Part shown: in pieces, positions 61,224-64,000 of the stretch
Layout of the letters: every line of letters begins with the position of its first letter
How positions within the stretch are numbered: the first letter of the stretch is position 1
IMG/VR virus record: IMGVR_UViG_3300046459_000427
Coordinates: 40,854-104,853 of that record
Reading direction: 5' to 3' (one strand)
Length of the DNA stretch: 64,000 nt
Source: a virus
Translations under genes and position numbers: made by a program
Notes under the pieces: generated by a model
The model's database searches: none
Told to the model about the DNA's origin: nothing
The model's input: the letters and a program-made list of their open reading frames with translations, nothing else

Positions 61224-63254
61224 ATGCGTAAGTCAACACTGCCCAGGCAGCGCCGTGCAACTCTCCGCATCGCGATCTACCTGCGGGTATCCACCGTCAA
61301 GCAGCTCGAAGGCTACGGGCTCTCCACGCAGGACGCTCTGTGCCGGGCCACGGTCGGCCTGAAGTTCGCGAGCCAGCCCTACGAGATCGTCGAGGTCTTC
61401 ACCGACGGGGGCGTCTCCGGCAAGCTGGCCTCCCGCCCCGAGTTCGACCGCATGAACGCGATGATCGCCGCCAAGCTGATCGACGTCGTCGTGATGGCCA
61501 AGCTGGACCGCGTCGGCCGCACGATGGAGGACATCCACCAGTGGGTGTTCGACACCACGAAGACGCACAAGGTCCGCGTCATCACCGCAGACAGCCGACT
61601 CGACAGCCACGACGACATGTTCAAGCTGATGCTGTCCATCCTGTCCTGGATGGCCGACATGGAGCACATCCTGATCAAGGAGCGCACCATGTCCGGCCGC
61701 GAGGCGAAGCTGTCCGAAGGTAAGTGGGCACTCGGCGTCCCGCCGTTCGGCTTCTCCCTGAAGGGCAAGGGCCGCGACGCGGAGCCGGTCAAGAACGACG
61801 AGGAAGCCCGCACCCTGGAACTCGCCGTCGAGTACCTGGTCGACATGGGCAAGAACCTCGCCGAGACCTGCGACGAGCTGAACAAGACGGGCAGGCCCAC
61901 GCGTATGGGGCGCCCCTGGAACAGCACCTCTCTCCGCAAGATCATCATGGGCAACGCCATTCAGGGCTTCGTGCGCTTCCGTGACCCCGACAGCGGCCTG
62001 TCCGAGGCGGAGCGGGACGAGGAAGGCAACTTCGTCCACGGGGATACCCACGAAGTCAAGATGCCGCAGATCCTGCCCCCGGAGCGCGTCAACGCCGCCC
62101 GTGCGGCCGTCAAGCGGATGTCGTGGCACAAGGCGAATGCGACCAGCCGGGATTACCTCCTGACCAAGCGGATCATCTCTCGCTGCGGGTCCACATACAC
62201 CGGGGCCCAGAACACCTTGGCTGAAAGGGCAGCCGCTTACCGCTGCAACGGCTCCGTCGGCCACGACACCCGGGGCAAGGCGAAGTGCGGCTGCACACAG
62301 ATCCAGGCAGAAGCTATCGAGAAGTTCGTGTGGGACGCCGTCGTAATCGGCTTGAAGGACCGCGAGAACCTGCGGGGGCTCGCCGACCAGTGGCTCGGTG
62401 CTATTCCCGAGCGCTCGGAGTCCTACCGAAAGAAGATCGACGAGCTGGAACGCCTGATCGATAAGAAGCGAAAGTCCCGCAAGTCGAAGCTGCTGGCCAT
62501 GCTCGCTTCCGACGCCTTCACCGACGACGCTGGGAACGTCGACCAGGAGATGCTGAACGAGATCAAGGAGACCCTGACCAAGCAGGAGCAGGACCTCGAA
62601 AAGGAACTCAAGTCAGTGCGGAGCTGGCTGGCCGAGGCGGAATCCGAGGAGCAGCGCGTGGCAGACGTTCTCTCCCTGGCCGACCAGATTTCCCCGCGCC
62701 TGGAAGAGCTGACTTCGAGGCAGCGCCGGGATGTGGTCGAGCTGTTCGATGTGCAGGTGTACGTCAAGGAGTCGGCGCATACCGGAGTCCTGCGCCCGAG
62801 CGTCGTGGAGAAGTTCTTCACCGAGAAAGGGAAGCTGGTGCCGGACAAGCTGACGGACGAGCAGTGGGAGCGGATCGCTCACGTCATGCCGCAGCCGAAG
62901 GACGCGCGGGACGAGAAGCGGTGGCTGTCGCGGAGGCTGGTGCTCGACGCGATGTTCTACAAGGCACGGCACGCGCTGCGGTGGCCCGAGCTGCCGAAGG
63001 AGGTCCTGCCGACAACGGTGGCGAACCTGAAGCTGATGGCCGCGAAGCTGGTCGAGGAGGGCTACCTGGAGAAGGCCGTGGACCTGCTCGGGGACTACCC
63101 CGGTACCCCCGTGGGAGACCCTGTGCGGCTGCCCTCCCTGGACATCCGGCTGGCCCTGGCGGAGCAACTTACTTTGGATGAGTTGACCGTACCGACTTCT
63201 TGGATCCGGTATGGCTGCGAAGCTGAAAGTAAGTCTCAGCTTCTGGCCGCTTGA
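61224..63254 (+). CDS. Large serine recombinase (integrase) with extra C-terminal IS5-transposase-like HTH domain
   Basis: IYLRVST (catalytic S), DGGVSG..RPEF, KLDRVGR, recombinase domain, CG..Y...YRC...C Zn ribbon, coiled coil; LTDEQWERI...RLVLDAMFY..R....WPELP tail. Confidence 0.92.
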   Translation: MRKSTLPRQRRATLRIAIYLRVSTVKQLEGYGLSTQDALCRATVGLKFASQPYEIVEVFTDGGVSGKLASRPEFDRMNAMIAAKLIDVVVMAKLDRVGRTMEDIHQWVFDTTKTHKVRVITADSRLDSHDDMFKLMLSILSWMADMEHILIKERTMSGREAKLSEGKWALGVPPFGFSLKGKGRDAEPVKNDEEARTLELAVEYLVDMGKNLAETCDELNKTGRPTRMGRPWNSTSLRKIIMGNAIQGFVRFRDPDSGLSEAERDEEGNFVHGDTHEVKMPQILPPERVNAARAAVKRMSWHKANATSRDYLLTKRIISRCGSTYTGAQNTLAERAAAYRCNGSVGHDTRGKAKCGCTQIQAEAIEKFVWDAVVIGLKDRENLRGLADQWLGAIPERSESYRKKIDELERLIDKKRKSRKSKLLAMLASDAFTDDAGNVDQEMLNEIKETLTKQEQDLEKELKSVRSWLAEAESEEQRVADVLSLADQISPRLEELTSRQRRDVVELFDVQVYVKESAHTGVLRPSVVEKFFTEKGKLVPDKLTDEQWERIAHVMPQPKDARDEKRWLSRRLVLDAMFYKARHALRWPELPKEVLPTTVANLKLMAAKLVEEGYLEKAVDLLGDYPGTPVGDPVRLPSLDIRLALAEQLTLDELTVPTSWIRYGCEAESKSQLLAA

Positions 63255-63268
63255 CCTGCGGAAACACC

Positions 63269-63308
63269 GAAGGCCCCTCTCCCGACACCAGGGACTGAGG
63301 GGCCTTTC
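63269..63308. terminator. Hairpin between convergent genes
   Basis: GAAGGCCCCTC...GAGGGGCCTTTC. Confidence 0.65.
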
Positions 63309-63569
63309 TCATGCCTCGCGCTTGCTCAGGACGTCCAGGACCCCGAGGAGGCTCTGTGCCCCCTGGTGGGCCTCCAGCAGGCTCTCGGGGGTCGACTGCT
63401 TGCGGTAGTCGTCCAGGGCCTTGGCGAGGCCGCTACCGACCGCGTCGGCCCAGTTGAGCACGTCGACCGTGGGGAGCCTGTCCAGCCGCTTGGCGGCCTT
63501 CGCGCGGACCGGGTCGATCTTCTCCTCGCCGCCACGGAGAAGTGCCCTCACATCAGTCCAAGAGCGCAT
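63309..63569 (-). CDS. Hypothetical protein
   Basis: 86 aa, GAGGAG RBS. Confidence 0.7.
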   Translation of the reverse strand: MRSWTDVRALLRGGEEKIDPVRAKAAKRLDRLPTVDVLNWADAVGSGLAKALDDYRKQSTPESLLEAHQGAQSLLGVLDVLSKREA

Positions 63570-63650
63570 AGTGCGTCGTACTCCTCGTCCATGTCGTCGG
63601 TCTTCTGGGCCACCATCCGGCGGGCCGCTGCCTTCTCTTCGTCGGTGTTC

Positions 63651-63956
63651 TCAGATGGCGAGTTCATCGAGTTCCTCCGCGTCGAAGCGGTGGGCGTGGT
63701 CGCGGATGTCGTCGGTCGAGAGGGCATTGCCATATCCCTGGAGGGCGGTGTAGAGAGCGTCGTTCTCATTCCGGTAGGTATTGCGCCATCGACCGAAGAC
63801 GATTCCCTTTCCGGCCCACACCTTGAGGATGAGGGACTTCGAGCGCCGGTATGGCGGTTCGATTTCGTCGGTCGGCGCGGTATGAAGAAGCGGCGTATGG
63901 GGGCGCAGGTTCACCGCGTGAACGAAGAAGGGCCCCACCCCATGTGTATTCGGCAT
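63651..63956 (-). CDS. Hypothetical protein
   Basis: 101 aa; carries the genome-wide motif in LHT frame. Confidence 0.65.
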   Translation of the reverse strand: MPNTHGVGPFFVHAVNLRPHTPLLHTAPTDEIEPPYRRSKSLILKVWAGKGIVFGRWRNTYRNENDALYTALQGYGNALSTDDIRDHAHRFDAEELDELAI

Positions 63957-64000
63957 GGGATGGAGCCTATTCTCCGGGCGGCCGGAAATGGTAAATCAGT

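Larger units (their letters stand above)
1121..63887 (-). repeat. Dispersed polar 9-mer (coding strand CTTCATACC/CTTCATACT/CTTCATATC), 25 copies
   Basis: Plus-strand RRTATGAAG at 1121, 2768, 4034, 7379, 9013, 12233, 13420, 14093, 18388, 19170, 19912, 20794, 23336, 23718, 25563, 26296, 28314, 28694, 30273, 39772, 46515, 50640, 53962, 63879; reverse orientation only at 60979, inside a plus-strand gene. Confidence 0.9.
1..64000. mobile_element. Segment of a large actinobacterial myovirus-type phage/prophage (extends beyond both window ends)
   Basis: Continuous co-oriented phage gene set (terminase, portal, capsid, sheath, tube, baseplate, replication genes, two recombinases); no host housekeeping operon or att junction seen. 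Confidence 0.95.

Noticed and set aside
61233-62264. Minus-strand ORFs overlapping the serine recombinase
   Set aside because: Antisense shadows of the plus-strand recombinase
62830-63100. Inserted IS5 element in the integrase
   Set aside because: Only the N-terminal HTH-like segment is present, in frame, with no DDE domain or terminal repeats
1-64000. tRNA, rRNA or CRISPR arrays
   Set aside because: None recognised by eye; intergenic gaps are short. tRNAscan-SE or Infernal would be needed to exclude them

Overview
The whole 64 kb is one high-GC actinobacterial phage or prophage segment (Streptomyces-like host inferred from GC content, whiB and gene content). No host genes or att boundary are visible, and almost all genes are on the minus strand. 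In transcription order (right to left) it contains: (1) a control region with a large serine recombinase (+) and a tyrosine recombinase (-); (2) terminase, portal, scaffold and capsid; (3) a complete contractile (myovirus) tail with sheath, tube, tape measure carrying NlpC/P60 and SLT domains, baseplate and fibres; (4) holin; (5) replication and recombination genes (initiator with internal ori candidate, DnaC-like loader, DnaB, primase, SNF2 helicase, SSB, Pol A, class II RNR, RecA, WhiB, Cas4-like nuclease, RNA ligase, ThyX, dNMP kinase, Endo VII); (6) SpoVS, small hypotheticals, a CHAP endolysin, a secreted lytic transglycosylase and a partial nucleotidyltransferase. The most striking unexplained signal is an asymmetric 9-mer, CTTCATACC / CTTCATACT / CTTCATATC on the coding strand. 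I found it 25 times by eye. It is always co-oriented with transcription and always read in the same frame (Leu-His-Thr/Ile with rare CTT-CAT codons), including inside two leader mini-ORFs coupled to recA and to the replication initiator. A second signal is a short peptide motif (R-x3-4-KGW-x-AV-x-x-P) shared by unrelated replication proteins. All calls come from motif recognition by eye; no database searches were run.
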